Position numbers and translations under genes: made by a program. From positions 244,094,001 through 244,158,000 of the forward strand of contig OZ024743.1 in NCBI GenBank assembly GCA_964016885.1: DNA of 64,000 nt. Reading direction: 5' to 3'. Below the pieces are notes generated by a model that was not told where the DNA came from, ran no database searches, and saw only the letters and a list, made by a program, of their open reading frames with translations. Shown here piece by piece: positions 39,100 through 54,059 of this stretch. Every line of letters begins with the position of its first letter. The first letter of the stretch is position 1. This DNA is from Eledone cirrhosa. Lineage: Eukaryota.

Positions 39100-42000
39100 T
39101 GACGCGTGAAACATTGCCGGTAAGCTTTTTTGTTAATTTCTATGCAAAAAACCGAACTAATTGTTTGAAAAAAGATATCATTTTGTAGATTAACCCCAAG
39201 CTGAATTGTCAGCTGGGTGGTAATCTCATTTTTCGCCCCTTTAGGGGCGTAGATTTAATTTAAAAATTGTTTTAAAATATCAAATTTTGCCAATTATAAA
39301 ACATGAATAGTTCGGTAAGAACGCTAGAGAACGCCGAGAGCGAGAGAAGAGAGGCAGATATTAACGTTATATCTACTTCTGCTACTATGGACGTCGCCAT
39401 AGATACGACTGTCAACAAAGAGAAAAAAAATATTACCACTTGAAGATTTTAAAATTTCTACCATCGAAGCGGAGAAAAATAACAATAACACACAGTAAAA
39501 ACACAGGAATTAAACCCATTAACATACATACACATGAAAAAGACAACATCAACAACTCCACAGATACATCTACGCATAAAGTTTCACCTCGTCAAGGAAT
39601 TGAGATTTCCAACACGGAGGCTAACAACGATAACAACAACAACAACAACAACAGCAACACCACACAAAAAAAATCTCTTTCGCTGAAACAGTGAACAAAA
39701 AACAAGATTTTATAAATCTTGACATCTCCAATGCAAGAGATATGCTCCAGCAAGGGAGAAAATTTGTAACTTTCGAAGACTAGGGTGGGTTTAGAATTAA
39801 CTCACCCCTCGAAATAAAAGAAGAGACAGTTCGAAGGACAGTGACCTTTAGGACTGTCTCCAACACCACAACGAGAAAGCCAATATTTGTTAGTCATGCA
39901 GATATAGAAGCCAACTTCAAGGAGACTCTAAAAAATATTGACTTTCTCCAACGAGGAAAACAGTACGGAAGTGTTTCCGTACTGTTTAAAAGCGAGGCAC
40001 TCGCCCAAAAACATTCTGTGACACCAATGGTGTCAAAAGCATTCACCTTTTTCCCTACGTACATGGGGAAAAGGACACAAAAAAAAAAATATACCACCAA
40101 ACATTAACATCTGGTGGATCTTGGCTGGCTTCGTAGAGCCAGAGACTGATATGATTCTTTCGATACGAAAGTCTATTAGACAAAGGTGGGCGGGTACTGA
40201 TTTGGAGATTCTGATTCAAATGAGACCGGAGAGAATCTCCAAAATACCCGAAAAAAGTTGTCAACGACGACAACAACAAAATAAACATTACGGTGGAGGG
40301 TCGAAAACTTCATTGCTTTCGCTGTGGTAGCACAGCACACCTAAAGGCCTTCTGTCCTTCACAAACACACCACACCATCATTAAAAAACACTATTACCAA
40401 CACCAACACCAAAACAACCACTACCACAAGTACAACAACAGACGAAACGAGCAAACACACCAAAACAAACAGCCACTCAACCAACAACAACAGAAAAAAC
40501 ACAGACAACACCCCTGAAGAACACAGCCCCACCCATCCCACTCCATCAAACACTACCACAAACACACACACCGAAACACCACCACCACCACATAACATAC
40601 CCCTACCCCACACTCCTGACGATTATTCATCGACAGCTGAGGTTGCTTCTTCTTTAAGTGAAGAAGAAGAAGAGCCTCGGAAATCTAAAAAAACAAAAAA
40701 AGAGACACCACAAAACCCACAAAACTCCAATCACCAACACCAACACACAACCACAGACACAAACAACAACACAAACAACACCACAGTCAAACATGCCCCT
40801 ACCAGCAAAACCAACACCAACACCACCCCAAACAAAAGCACCCACCATAAAAAGAAAACTCCCGGACGAACAACAAACTAAAACAACACAACAAAAACAC
40901 AAACAACAATACGCATACATCAACACAAACAACAAGAGTTTGATGAAGGTGGAGACGAGGTGGGGGCAACACTTTCGTCAAAGCAGAATCGTCTCCACAC
41001 CTTAAACTTATAAGGGTTTCTATGGAGACCTATAGTGACCTGAAAAATAAATTTTCACAAGACGTGGGCAACCCCTGCCAGAAACCCATCAACCGCGTCC
41101 TATTAAAATGTTTCCCCATCCCACCCAACACCCCATCCAGCACCCAAATAGAGATTGAACAACCCGATCTCCAGGAAACGAAAAGGTAAGTGCACCTTTC
41201 GTCCTTTTTCTCCAACTTTTCTTCACCAACATGGCTAGTTTACGAGTTGGAAGTGTGAATGTGCGTGGCCTAGGAAACAGGGCCAACTTTTAAACGACCT
41301 TAGGTCACACGGTATGGATGTGATAGCCATCACCGAGTCCGGGATCCACAACAGGCAGCAACTAACCCCCATCTTCGACGACTTTGAGATCTACGCATCT
41401 CTCTGTCAGCTAGGAGGTGGAGGGGGAGTGGCTGTCAAGTTTCGGAAGAACCTGGACGTCGAAGTACAGCAAGTACACTTAGACCCGGGGGGTAGACTGG
41501 TATTCCTAGACGTGAACAGTATTGGAGGTGGAGCCTTCAGACTGGTGGCCGTTTATGCCCCGACCGGGCAATCGCAACCACGGCCAGACTTCTTTAAGCG
41601 TCTAGAGTCTTTTCTGGGAACATCTCGCTCCTTACTTTTAGTGGGGGACTGGAATGGTATCCTATGTGGGAGCATGTCCCAGTAGAGGGGGGTGCAACAG
41701 ACTCAAAACTTTAATCGGCCAATTCCAACTGGCCGATAGGTATCGACTGGATTTCCCGACTGCACCACAGTGGAGGTGGGAAAACCGCAGCGGGACATCT
41801 AGATCGTATTTAGATAGGTTCTTCATTAGAGAAAGGGACAAGATGTTAAGCTGTCCACGAATGCACATGGTTGCCTACTCAGATCACAAATTAGTCGTCT
41901 GCTTAGTCAACCGTGATAGAATACATAGACAGGGACCCGGATACTAGAAGCTGAACGTGTCGTTGCCGGCACGTAAAGCTTACAGTGAACGGATAAGTAG

Positions 42001-44558
42001 ACTAGTCAAGCAACAGTTAACGGGAGCCATCGTCAACAATAGATGGTGGTACTCTCTCAAGAAAGCAATTAGAGTAGAATCGATAGAGTTTAGCAGAGAG
42101 TTAGCCTTAGAGAAAAACAAAATAGAATGAGAACTAGTAGCCAAGGTAGAGGAGGCACTTAGAAGTGGCGACGCGGCTAGAGTGTTAGCGTCGAGAACGG
42201 CACTAAACCAGTTCTTCGACTCGAAACACGAAGGCTGCGTAGTCAGAAGCAAAACACGTGCTCTAGGAAACGAAGGAGCGAAAGCTGTTAGCTGGGCTCG
42301 AGTGGCGGAAGCAAAAATGGCAACAAATCCACGATTCGGTCTTTGAAAGACCAAAACGGACGCGTGCTACTTGACCCCAAGCAAATGTGCGTGGCCTTTC
42401 AGCAGCACTTTGCGCGACTGTGAGCAGAAACAGGTTAATGGACTCTAGTTCATACCTCGACGGCCTGCCGCGTCTCTCGAACACGGACGCCGAGTTCTGC
42501 GAAAGACCGATCACGAACCTGGGCCGCTGCGGGAAAGGCAAGTCACCAGGTCTAGATGGTCTACCCTATGAGTTTTACATAGGCATGCCGGACTTGTTCT
42601 TTGGCATCCTCGAAGCCGTCTATTGCAATTGGCAGCAGAACGGGAGAATTCCCAGTTCTGCAGGCAAGGGCGTAGTAACGCTGATCAGGAAAGACGAGAA
42701 CAAGGGGACGAAATTAACAACTTCAGGCTCATAACACTGCTCAACACAGAGTTAAAGATATTGGCCAAGGTGCTAGCGACGAGGTTGGCGCTTGTCGTCG
42801 AGAACATGGTAGGGAAAGCGCAAACGTGTGCAATCCCGACCAGGTCCATACACGACAACCTCTACCTCATGCGATACATCTTAGAGAGGGTGGGTAGTAA
42901 ACCCGGCTTCCGTGGGACTATGATCAATTTGGATCAGTCTAAGGCATTCGATAGGGTCGACCATTGTTACTTGGTAGCGGTTCTCAAGGCGGCCGGTTTC
43001 GGTCCCGTCTTCAGAGGCTGGATCGAGGCGATGCACACCAGCATCTGCTCGAGGGTCAAGGTGAACGGCTACCTATCGGAGCCGTTCGTAATCACGCGTT
43101 ACATTCGACAGGGGTGCCCCCTCTCCTCCATTCTGTATGTATTGACTCTAGAGCCACTACTGCGGAAATTGGAGCTGTTGCAGGCATCCCACTAGAACCT
43201 GGACTGCGCAAAGCGGCGTCAGCTTATGCCGACGACGTGACGGTAATGGTGTCGCGCACATCTGAAATCGGGGTGATCGGCAACTTACTGAAAGAATACT
43301 AAACGCTGACGGGAGTAAAACTAAACTCGGACAAATCTGTCGGTTTCCAACTCGGTACGTGGAGAGGCAAACCGATGACGTCCGACAGCGTCGTTGGACG
43401 CTGGAGGGACGGACCAGTTAAATTGCTCGGGGTCTGGTTCGGTCCAGACCTCCAGGTGGAGAGAAACTGAAACGAGGTCACGGCCGAGGTGTTTGCGCTC
43501 ACCCAAAAGTGGGCAGAGTGCAAACTGTCCTTGAAAGGTCGAGCGGAGGTGGCGAACACTTTCATAGCGTCCGTCATCTACTACCGCTTGACTGTCCTGC
43601 CTTGTCCCCGTGAACACCTCACCAAGATGGAACGCATACTCTTCCAGTTTCTGTGGAAGAAGCAGGCTCCGCTGGTGAGGAGATCCGTCTGATGTCAGCA
43701 CCCTTCCAACGGGGGGCTGGGAATGCCGTGGCTGAATGTGCGCAAACATGCGCTGATGAGCTCACCAGTCTGTTTGGTAGGACTTTCCGCCCGGGACCTA
43801 TGGACAACTTCCAGAGGTCCCTGGCCTGGCAGTGCTACCGAGGAGCTCTACCGGTTCGTGACAAGATCTACAGGCACGGACGCCCTGGCAGGGATCCTTC
43901 CAAGAGGACGTGTCCAAGATGTGCGCAGGACATTGAAACAGTCCTGCACGCATTTGTACTCTTCCCGGACGTAAGCGACCTGTGGAACTATGCAGAACAA
44001 CTGCTGTCGAGTATGGGACAAATCCAGTTGACTGCCGAGTCCATAGTAAGGATCAAACCGCCAGCCTCTTTCAAAAACGAATGAGAGGCGGTTTTCCTCT
44101 GTACAGTGGCTATGGTGAAAGAAGTTATATGGTGGACGAGATTGAGAGGACTGAGGACAGATGCCTTTCTCTCCGGACAACAATTGACTCCCTTCTTTAA
44201 GTATCACTTTAGAAGGAGAATCAGAGTGGAGAGAGAGGCACTGCACCTCAGTAAATTTACTGAAAGGTGGATGAATGAAGCGAAAATGGCCCGAGTGATT
44301 GGGCCTTCTCTGTTTATAAGCCTGTAGGTTGAAGAAGAGAGCAAAAGGAAGAAAGGAGCACTTGCACAACACGCTCCTGGAGTTGAGGGTTGTTCTATCG
44401 ACGGGGTATTAAACAACCCATTTGTGACGCTTCCCCCTATTGGGGATTTCGATTGTTGTAATTGTTTGTTTTATATTTTTTACACGACTGAATGTAAAAT
44501 CCCCCACATATCTTTGTATTGTCCCCTTTTCTTGTGCGCCCTTGTGGCAAATAAAGAA

Positions 44559-44559
<1 letters not shown>
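39100..44559 (+). mobile_element. Tx1 family A, full length, decayed (ORF1 39303-41189, ORF2 41231-44327)
   Basis: ORF1 CFRCGSTAHLKAFC CCHC knuckle (40314-40355); ORF2 APE and RT pieces, YADD; long (TCTA)n on both sides. Confidence 0.94.
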
Positions 44560-44622
<63 letters not shown>

Positions 44623-45150
44623 ATCTATTTATCTATCTATCTGTCAGTCTTTCCTTCTGTCTAAAAGTGCATTTTCAATTTCTTTTCCCTATATTTTTGC
44701 ACGTGTGGGATATTTTAGAATATAGCTTCGCGTGCAAATGAGGCTAATCAGCCCACCTACACAAGGGAAAACATTATATATTTTCGCTTGTCTCAAAGAC
44801 CAGCAGTAGGCAGAGGGATGCATTGTCCTGATAAGAACCATCTAAGTTCGAAATGTCTTGCTTCTGTTGGACCCCGCTAGACAGCGCTGGCCGCAAGCCT
44901 TTTATTCATAGCTGGGGCTTTCAAAATGTTTATTTATTAAACACACCGTATCACTTTACATATACAAAATTCACATACATGTATGTATACAGCTATATCG
45001 AAGCTAAAACCTAATATATATATAAAGGACAAACCTTGTTTTGTTCTTAATGTATACACTCTTCTATAGCAGAGAGTGATACTATTGGTATATTCCTTAG
45101 TTAACCACAAATCTACAGAATCATCTAATATATATATAAAATCATATGAA

Positions 45151-45224
<74 letters not shown>

Positions 45225-45470
45225 ATAATAATAAATTTGAAGACTAAAATCCAAAGAGGGGTCGATAAGGATAAATATATATCAAATATATAAGAACCGT
45301 AGAGCATTTCTCGGAGCCGAAGACGCTTCGTCCTCGGGGACACACCCTAATTTTGACAACCAAAATTAAAAAAAAACAATAATAAACAACCTTCAATCTC
45401 CAGGACGTATGTTAGATTTTTGAGATTTGTTTTAGGAAAAATGTTGCATCTTCGACGCCGGGAAATACTG

Positions 45471-45546
<76 letters not shown>

Positions 45547-45967
45547 TCAAAGAGATTTCCTCCAAACTAACCCTCCATCTCATTTCTACTTTTGAAAAGC
45601 AGAAGAACTGCGAAACTGGTAAAGGAACCAAATAAATATATATTTTGAAAAAAAGACTCCAGTTGCATTTTCGATTTCATCTTTCTTCCTTATACTTTCA
45701 CTCGTGTAGGACACGTCGTTTTTTTTTTCATTTTGTAAAAAACCCTCAGTTTCTAATATATATATATACCCTCTCCCCCTCACTCTTAAGAGCGTGAACC
45801 TATAAACCTTTATTTGTCTGCCTCTCTGTTTTGTTCCCGTCCAAATTTGCACTATATGTATATATATATATAAAAACATTTACATATACATAAAGTCATA
45901 GATATATATGTGGCAACCACTCACGTTGTGGCTCAATGAAGAATTAATAAATTAAATAATCAGAGCA

Positions 45968-47471
<1,504 letters not shown>

Positions 47472-47922
47472 AGTGTATGTATTTACCGAGCTCGATATGA
47501 TCGACTAAATCCTTTAAAAGTGATACACCAGCATGATCGTAAAAGAATAAAAGATTAGTATCGCAGCTTAGTGATCCTTTGGATATTTTTCCTTATAATT
47601 TTCTTGAGAATGCATGTTTTTTAGTAGAATTCGGCAGATTGTGTTGATGAAATTTCTATCAAAATAGATGTTTTCATTATACATTTTAAAAGAAATAAGC
47701 AAAGGTGGGTTATAAGGGTTTAATAGCGAAAAGGTTATTAAAAGCAAAGTGGCAGTCTCCTAGGAATTTTACCCTGAATTGATATTATGTTAGTTCAGAA
47801 AAAAAACGTATATTTCGATACGGTTCTGGAAACAAAGTTGCCAAAAGATCGGTGTGTGTATATGTACATCTCTATGTCTGTGTTTCATTGTGTGTGTGTG
47901 CCTGTGACAGATTGTATGTATG

Positions 47923-50900
47923 TTCTGGTTTTATAATTTCACAAATGTTTTACCAATAGAGGGAGAGTCGGTTTCTAACATAGACACAAGACTCTCTCAT
48001 TGGAATTTACACATCAACTTGGTAGATATATATGTATGCATGCATGTGTAGATATGGATGTTATTGTATGTGTGGATGTGGATGTTTTGAGTTGTATGTG
48101 TGCATGTGTATATGCTTTGCATCTGTAGATGTCTATATGCAGTGATTAGATGCAAAATATTTGGAATGTTTTACATATTTTTACTGTTCCATTAATGGAT
48201 TGTACTTGTAATTTCCTAACTAGTTGTGTTCTTTCTGTTCCTGTGAAGCCTAGCTTCTCAAGATTTGTATTGAGGCAGTTACTAACATATCCCAGTGCCC
48301 CAATAATCACAGGCATAAATCTGAAGGTGTAATCAGGGTGGAGTATCTGCAGATTTCTCATCAGTTCTGCATAAATATTCTCCTTTTCACTAATCTTTGA
48401 TATTATATTGGCATCTGTTGGGCAGCTAATTTCCACTACTGTGCATGCTTTCTTCTCCTTGACCCATATCATAATATCTGGTCTGTTATGCCTGCATTTT
48501 ATTAGGTTTTTTACTGGAACAATCCACCACTACTCTTTCATATGTACCTGGATGTCTTCCACATTGCTGTAGCTTTTAATGTGTTTATTATCGGGGCTAT
48601 CTTTTTTACGAACTGCATTGTACAGTGTTTTGGCCACTACATCATGCCTCATAGGTAGATAGTACCGCGATGACATCTTTGGACAGCTGCTGATGACATG
48701 GGTGATATCCTCGATGTTAGTTCTGCAGAGTCTGCACTTGTTATCACATCTAGGTGTTTTGCCTGCATCCCTATCTCTTTTGTGAATCAGGTATTTCGTG
48801 TTAATCTCCTATTCTTGGGTTGCAAAAGCCTATCCTTCAAAGTGGGAGCCAATATAGCGGTTGTTGGTCCAAGATAGACTAGTTTCCTTATCTTTATTAC
48901 TCTCACTCTGGAGCTTCCTGGCAACATATCCATGCATGATTTTTTGCTGATAGGCATGCAGTTTTTCATCCATGGATTCACTGCGATACTGCTGAGCGAC
49001 ATCCCTTGGTGTGAGTTTTTGATTATCATACAGGGAATATCTCTCGAGGAGTTCCTTCCCAACTCTCATGTTCTTATCTGTTTCATGCAGATAGACTTGC
49101 TCGAGATACGGGCTCCTACGCTTCGAGGTTCGTAGATGTTGTCGGAGAGATTTGATGCCACATTCAAATGCTGTCTGGACTGATGTTAGGCCTCTGCCTC
49201 CCTGCTTACGTTTCAAGTAAAGGCGGTCTATGTCACTGTGATGTGGAAGTTTCCGGTGTTGTTTAGTATTTTTCGAGTTCCAACATCAACGGCTCGGATT
49301 TCGTCTATCTTCCAATTGAGTATTCCAAACGTTGGTGTTAGGACAGGCACAGAAAACACATTGTGAGCCACTGTTTTGTTTTGCGCAGAGAGTTCCGATG
49401 ACCAGATCTTTCTTAATGGGGCGTAGTATTCCCTGGTTACGCGTTCTTTATTACAGATACTATTATAGGATATGTTCTCATCTATCCCCAGGTATCTGTA
49501 GCAGTCCTCATCAGATATCGGTGAAACAGTTAGGCCATTGATGACAATGTTGCTAGATTGGGTTGTTGTTTTTCCCCGCTTTACAGTCATGTATGAGCAT
49601 TTATCTTGGCAAAACTCCATTCCTATATCCTTTGAGAACGTTGTAACCAGGTCAAGATTTTTCTTCATCCCATCCATGTTCTTGGCATAGAGTTTCAGAT
49701 CGTCCACAAAGAAATTATGGGTTAGGTTCGTATTTCTGTCCTCCTGTGAGCCAATGATGTATCCCTCACATTTCTTGAGCAGAAAGGACAAGGGGTTTAA
49801 TGACAAGATGAATAATATCACAGAAAGTCTGTCCCCCTGAAATATTTTATTTTATCAGTGAAAATAGAGTCCTCCCTCTCTGTCTTTAACATTAGGATAG
49901 TAGCCCAAGAAGAAGACAGCCTCTCTATGGCTCTGACAATAATGTCTGGGACTTTAGCAAGTTGGAGGGCCTCTATCATCCAAGAGTGAGGAACAGAATC
50001 GAAAGCTTTCCTGTAGTCCAGCCAGACTGTAGCCATATTCCTCCTAAGTTGTCGCACCTCCGACATCGCAGTTTTGTTGATTAGGAGTTGTTCAGCACAT
50101 CCCCAAACCCTTTTCTTTCCAGCTGCTTGTTCATCTGTGATGATGTTATTATTTTCACAGTGATCTTGAAGGAATAGGTTCAGGCAGGCTGTATACATCT
50201 TATACATCAGGTTCTCGCATGCAATGGGTCGGTAGTTTTTTGCCAAGTGGGTGTCTTTTTTCTTAGGGACCAGTAATGTTTGTGCTAATGTCAACCATTC
50301 TGGTATAAGTGTATCTCCCTTAAGAACTTGTTGGTAGAGGTCAGTAAGATACCTCCGATAGAATATCAGTGTTTTGTACCAGTAACCGACAATCATGTTT
50401 CTTCCTGGTGTTTTCTTATCTTGGAGTTTTCCTATCACAGTCTCAAGGGTACCCTCACTTATTTCGTATGTTTTTGTTGTAGTGTAGGAGCAATAGTTCT
50501 TTCGGATTTCTCTTAGCCACGCTGCATCTTGGTTGAAATTCTTCTTTTCACTCCAGATTTTGCTCCAAAAGGAATCTATGTCTTTCTGGGATGGGGCCTC
50601 AGTGACACTTATTATTTTGCCCTTCATATCTCTATAGACTGATGTTTGGTTTCGTCTGAATCTTTTATTAAGCACTTTTCTCTCATCTACCTTCTTCAGG
50701 TATCGGCGTTTTTCGCTAACAGCTCTCAATTCTTGTTTGAGGGTGATCAGCTTATATTGGAGAGTTCTGGTTCTACTGTTACCAAACATCGTCTCTATTT
50801 TATTTTTCACTCTTTGTTGGTGAGGAGTGAGGTTTTTTTGTGTTTGTTTGCATGTAAGTAGCATTGTCACATATCCTATGTTTTTTCGTAGGTCAGCAAT

Positions 50901-52188
50901 CTTTTTTCTATTTTAGTTATTTATGATGGTATTTTTGGTGGTGTTCTGTTCTTGTTAATATCTCTGCTATCACCAAGATAATGCTTCACTCTCGTTGCTA
51001 AGGCATATAAACAGGCGTTGATTTGCCAAAATGTTGGGGTTTTTATCCGTCGTAAATATTCATCCCCTATTTCGTCAATAACACGTAATATTTCATTATT
51101 TGGTTTTATTTATTAAACATTGTCGTTTTAATACGTTCAGCAAGATAGATATTTATACATGAATTTATTTCTCTCTGGAAAATTTCGTTGAGGGAAAATT
51201 TCAATTGTTTATACTTCTGATTATTATCATTATCGATAGTATTTTCCACAACAGTCGAGGTAGACTCGAATGGTACACGTGGTGTCAAATTTCTTCGATT
51301 ATTATTATTATCGATAGTGTTTTCCCCAGTATTCGAGGTAGACTTAGATGGTACAGGTTTCTTACAGGCATAGTTGTTTCAAGGCACTGTTCGACTTGGC
51401 TGCTAGGAAGTCTAGTAGCACGGCAACCTGTAGCACGTGTTGTTGATAACATGTTTGTTGTGGGGGACTTACAATTAATAATATTTATCTTATTTTTACG
51501 TTCAACAAACATCGCTTGTTGGCGAAATTGTTTCGCTGTGAAATAATTTAGCTCTGGGTGTATTTCGTCCCCGTGTAGCTTCATTCTGTTCAAATAGCCA
51601 ATGGAGGGATTGTTTTTTGCCATTTTATAACAATTAAATAAATCATTATTAAGTTCGCAAGGCGGTGGATTGGCAGTATCGGTAGAGGGTCGGACGCCAT
51701 GCTTTCCAGCATAGTTACGTCCCTTTACAATCTGAGTTCAAATCCCGCCGAGGTTGACTTTGCCTTTCATCCTTACGGGGTCGATAAAATAAAGTACCAG
51801 TAATGCACTAGGTAATTGCTGGCCTTGTGCCTAAAGTAGAAACAATTATTAAGTTCGCAACTCCAAGAGAAATGCGATTTATAATTTCGGTTTCTTCTGT
51901 AGCTACAACTGAACAAAGTTTGTTTACCTTCCTTGTTATTTGTCTTCGATACTCCCTTAATTTTCTTGTTGATGTTGTGTTCAGCCATGCTGTTTGTAGC
52001 AAATCCTTGTAAAATGAATTATGTATTTAGTCGGATATATCTACGAATTCGAATAAAAGGTGTCTTCAGAAGATATAGTTAGAAGAATAACCAGTTATTC
52101 AACATGACTGTAGTTGTGGCATTACTCCCGGAGATAGTATTCATCTTAAATTTAATAAATAGTCTCCCACGACTGATCGCGTTGACTG
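47923..52188 (-). mobile_element. R4/Dong family 1, apparently full length, decayed; single ORF from 51988 to 48146, interrupted by a SINE
   Basis: N-terminal W..ELN..L..CY..A..GY..RM..P motif, RT (WLDYRKAFDSV, FFVDDL), CCHC, RLE; (CATA)n at both ends on the element strand. Confidence 0.93.
51661..51844 (+). mobile_element. tRNA-derived SINE inserted in the R4 ORF with a 16-bp TSD
   Basis: ATTATTAAGTTCGCAA at 51645-51660 and 51845-51860. Confidence 0.93.
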
Positions 52189-52272
52189 TCTGTATGTATG
52201 TATGTATGTATGTATGTATGCATGCATGCATGCACGCACGCACGCACGCACGCACGCATGTATGTATGTATG

Positions 52273-53120
52273 TTTTCTCTTTCTCTTAATTTCGAGTATA
52301 TTTTTTTGACCGGCCACCTTCCTGGTGGCAAGGTTGTAAACGAAAAGAAATTGTCATCCCTTGAATCGCAAGAATGTTTTGCAAATTTTGAAGGTGCCAG
52401 CTATCGCAGCCATTTGTAGACTATGAATTAGGGAGCTGCGCTTTTTGTCCGCAAATCCAAGTTCTGTCATACTTTGGTCCAAGCGGGTTGGTATATAACC
52501 CGTAGCACCAATAATGATTGGTATGAAGCTAAAGGTGTATCTTGGATACTGGATTTGTAAACTCCTCATCAATGGTCCGTAGATGTCCTCCTTCTGTATT
52601 TTTCTGACAACGTTTACATCAAGTGGGCAGCTGATCTCCACAACAGAACACGTTTTCAATGTGTGGTCCCAAACTACAATATCAGGCCGGTTGTGCTTTA
52701 ATTTGGTGGCAGTTTTTATTTTCAGGTTCCACCAGTATTCCTTAGTGCCATCTGTCTCAATATATTCTTCCTCGTTTGTTGTTAATTTTGTTTTCCGAAG
52801 TGCGTTCCAGATGGTTCTAGCTATCCCATCGTGTCTCATGGGGAGGTAGTAGCAAGATGACATTCTTTCGCAGCTGGCAACAATGTGGCTTACATCCTCG
52901 ATCTTTGTTTTACATAGCCTACATTTATTGTCAGCTGCTGGCCCTTCTCTTTTGTGCAGCAGATATTTGGTAGGGAGTTCTTGTTCCTGTATTGCATAGA
53001 GATATCCCTCAAGGTGTGATGTCATAAACTTATCTTAACTCCATGCCAGGCTTTTTGAGTGGTTTATCCCCTCTATGGTCTGTGTTTTACGCCTCAAGTA
53101 TCCATGCACAACTTTTTCTG
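52273..53120 (-). mobile_element. R4/Dong family 2 (diverged), 3' fragment; ORF 52354-53025
   Basis: AIQEQEL, CRLC..HIVASC, RHD, RPDIVV..VVEISCP; different 3' UTR; (CATA)n on both sides. Confidence 0.92.
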
Positions 53121-53152
<32 letters not shown>

Positions 53153-53179
53153 TGTATGTATGTATGTATGTATGTATGT

Positions 53180-53737
53180 CACATGGTCGGGTCTTTGGCG
53201 ACTAAACTGGCAGCCCCACCAAGGTTTCTTGGTGAGGAGGGTGACTTTGGACATCCTGCAGGACTAAAAACAAAACCTGTCAAAGGGCAAAGGAGCTCTT
53301 AAGAGTCAATGGCCATCCAAAATCACCGGGAGAAATGACCCCTTAGCCTTTGTCAAGGCAGAATTCTAGGAGAAGGAAAACTCCGATATAACACCTGCAA
53401 CCCTGATGGTATCCAATGATGTTGACTTGTTCTTCTTTTTGGTAAATATCATCTTGGTTAAGAGAGTGGGACTGGCTTTGTGCAGTGCCTTTGCTCACTA
53501 TAAAAGCTTCACGACACAGGCATTGCTTTATATCTGGAGATCTCTCTGCACTTGTCGTCACATGGTACCATGGGCCCAGCACTATGTGTCAATAATTGTC
53601 ACAAGTGTAGTGTTTGTACCAGAGTTTTCAAGTCGCTGGCTGGACTAAAAAGTCACACTCGTTCAGTGCATCGGTAGGGGTTCTCCTACATGGATATAAA
53701 GTAGTGGCCGTACTCGAAAACGAGTTGGCAGCCACCA
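53180..53737 (+). mobile_element. Internally deleted RTE-clade non-autonomous element with a (GTAT)n tail
   Basis: 53600-53677 encodes HKCSVCTRVFKSLAGLKSHTRSVHR* (C2H2 finger typical of RTE C-termini); 3' hairpin CTCG AAAA CGAG then GCAGCCACCAT(GTAT)n; 5' part resembles RTE leaders. Confidence 0.72.
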
Positions 53738-53881
53738 TGTATGTATGTATGTATGTATGTATGTATGTATGTATGTATGTATGTATGTATGTATGTATGT
53801 ATGTATGTATGTATGTATGTATGAGTGTGTGTGTTTGTGTATGAGTGTAGCATGAGATTTATATATTGGTTTGCGTATATA

Positions 53882-54050
53882 CTAGGGTCGGTTGAATAGT
53901 TCAAAGGCTGGCTATGAAGGAGTGATGCTAGGGCTGTGAAATCTTGCATGCATTATTTTCAACTCTTCTAACTAATAACTGCATTGTTTATTTCCAAATA
54001 AACCTCATTTGGTCATTCCATGAGAGTATGAACTTTTCAGCCGACTTTCA
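53882..54050. mobile_element. Tc1/mariner-type MITE
   Basis: Imperfect TIRs of about 22 bp (GTCGGTTGAATAGTTCA / TGAACTTTTCAGCCGAC) flanked by TA. Confidence 0.55.
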
Positions 54051-54059
54051 TATATAATC

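Noticed and set aside
44828-44857. Hammerhead CTGATAA-GAAC..GTTC-GAAATGTC as an active ribozyme
   Set aside because: Core G8 is A and there is no adjacent stem I; at most a decayed relic
53180-53230. HDV-like ribozyme at the RTE 5' end
   Set aside because: Only a possible J4/2-P2 half (CGACTAAACTGGCAG); pairing partners are absent
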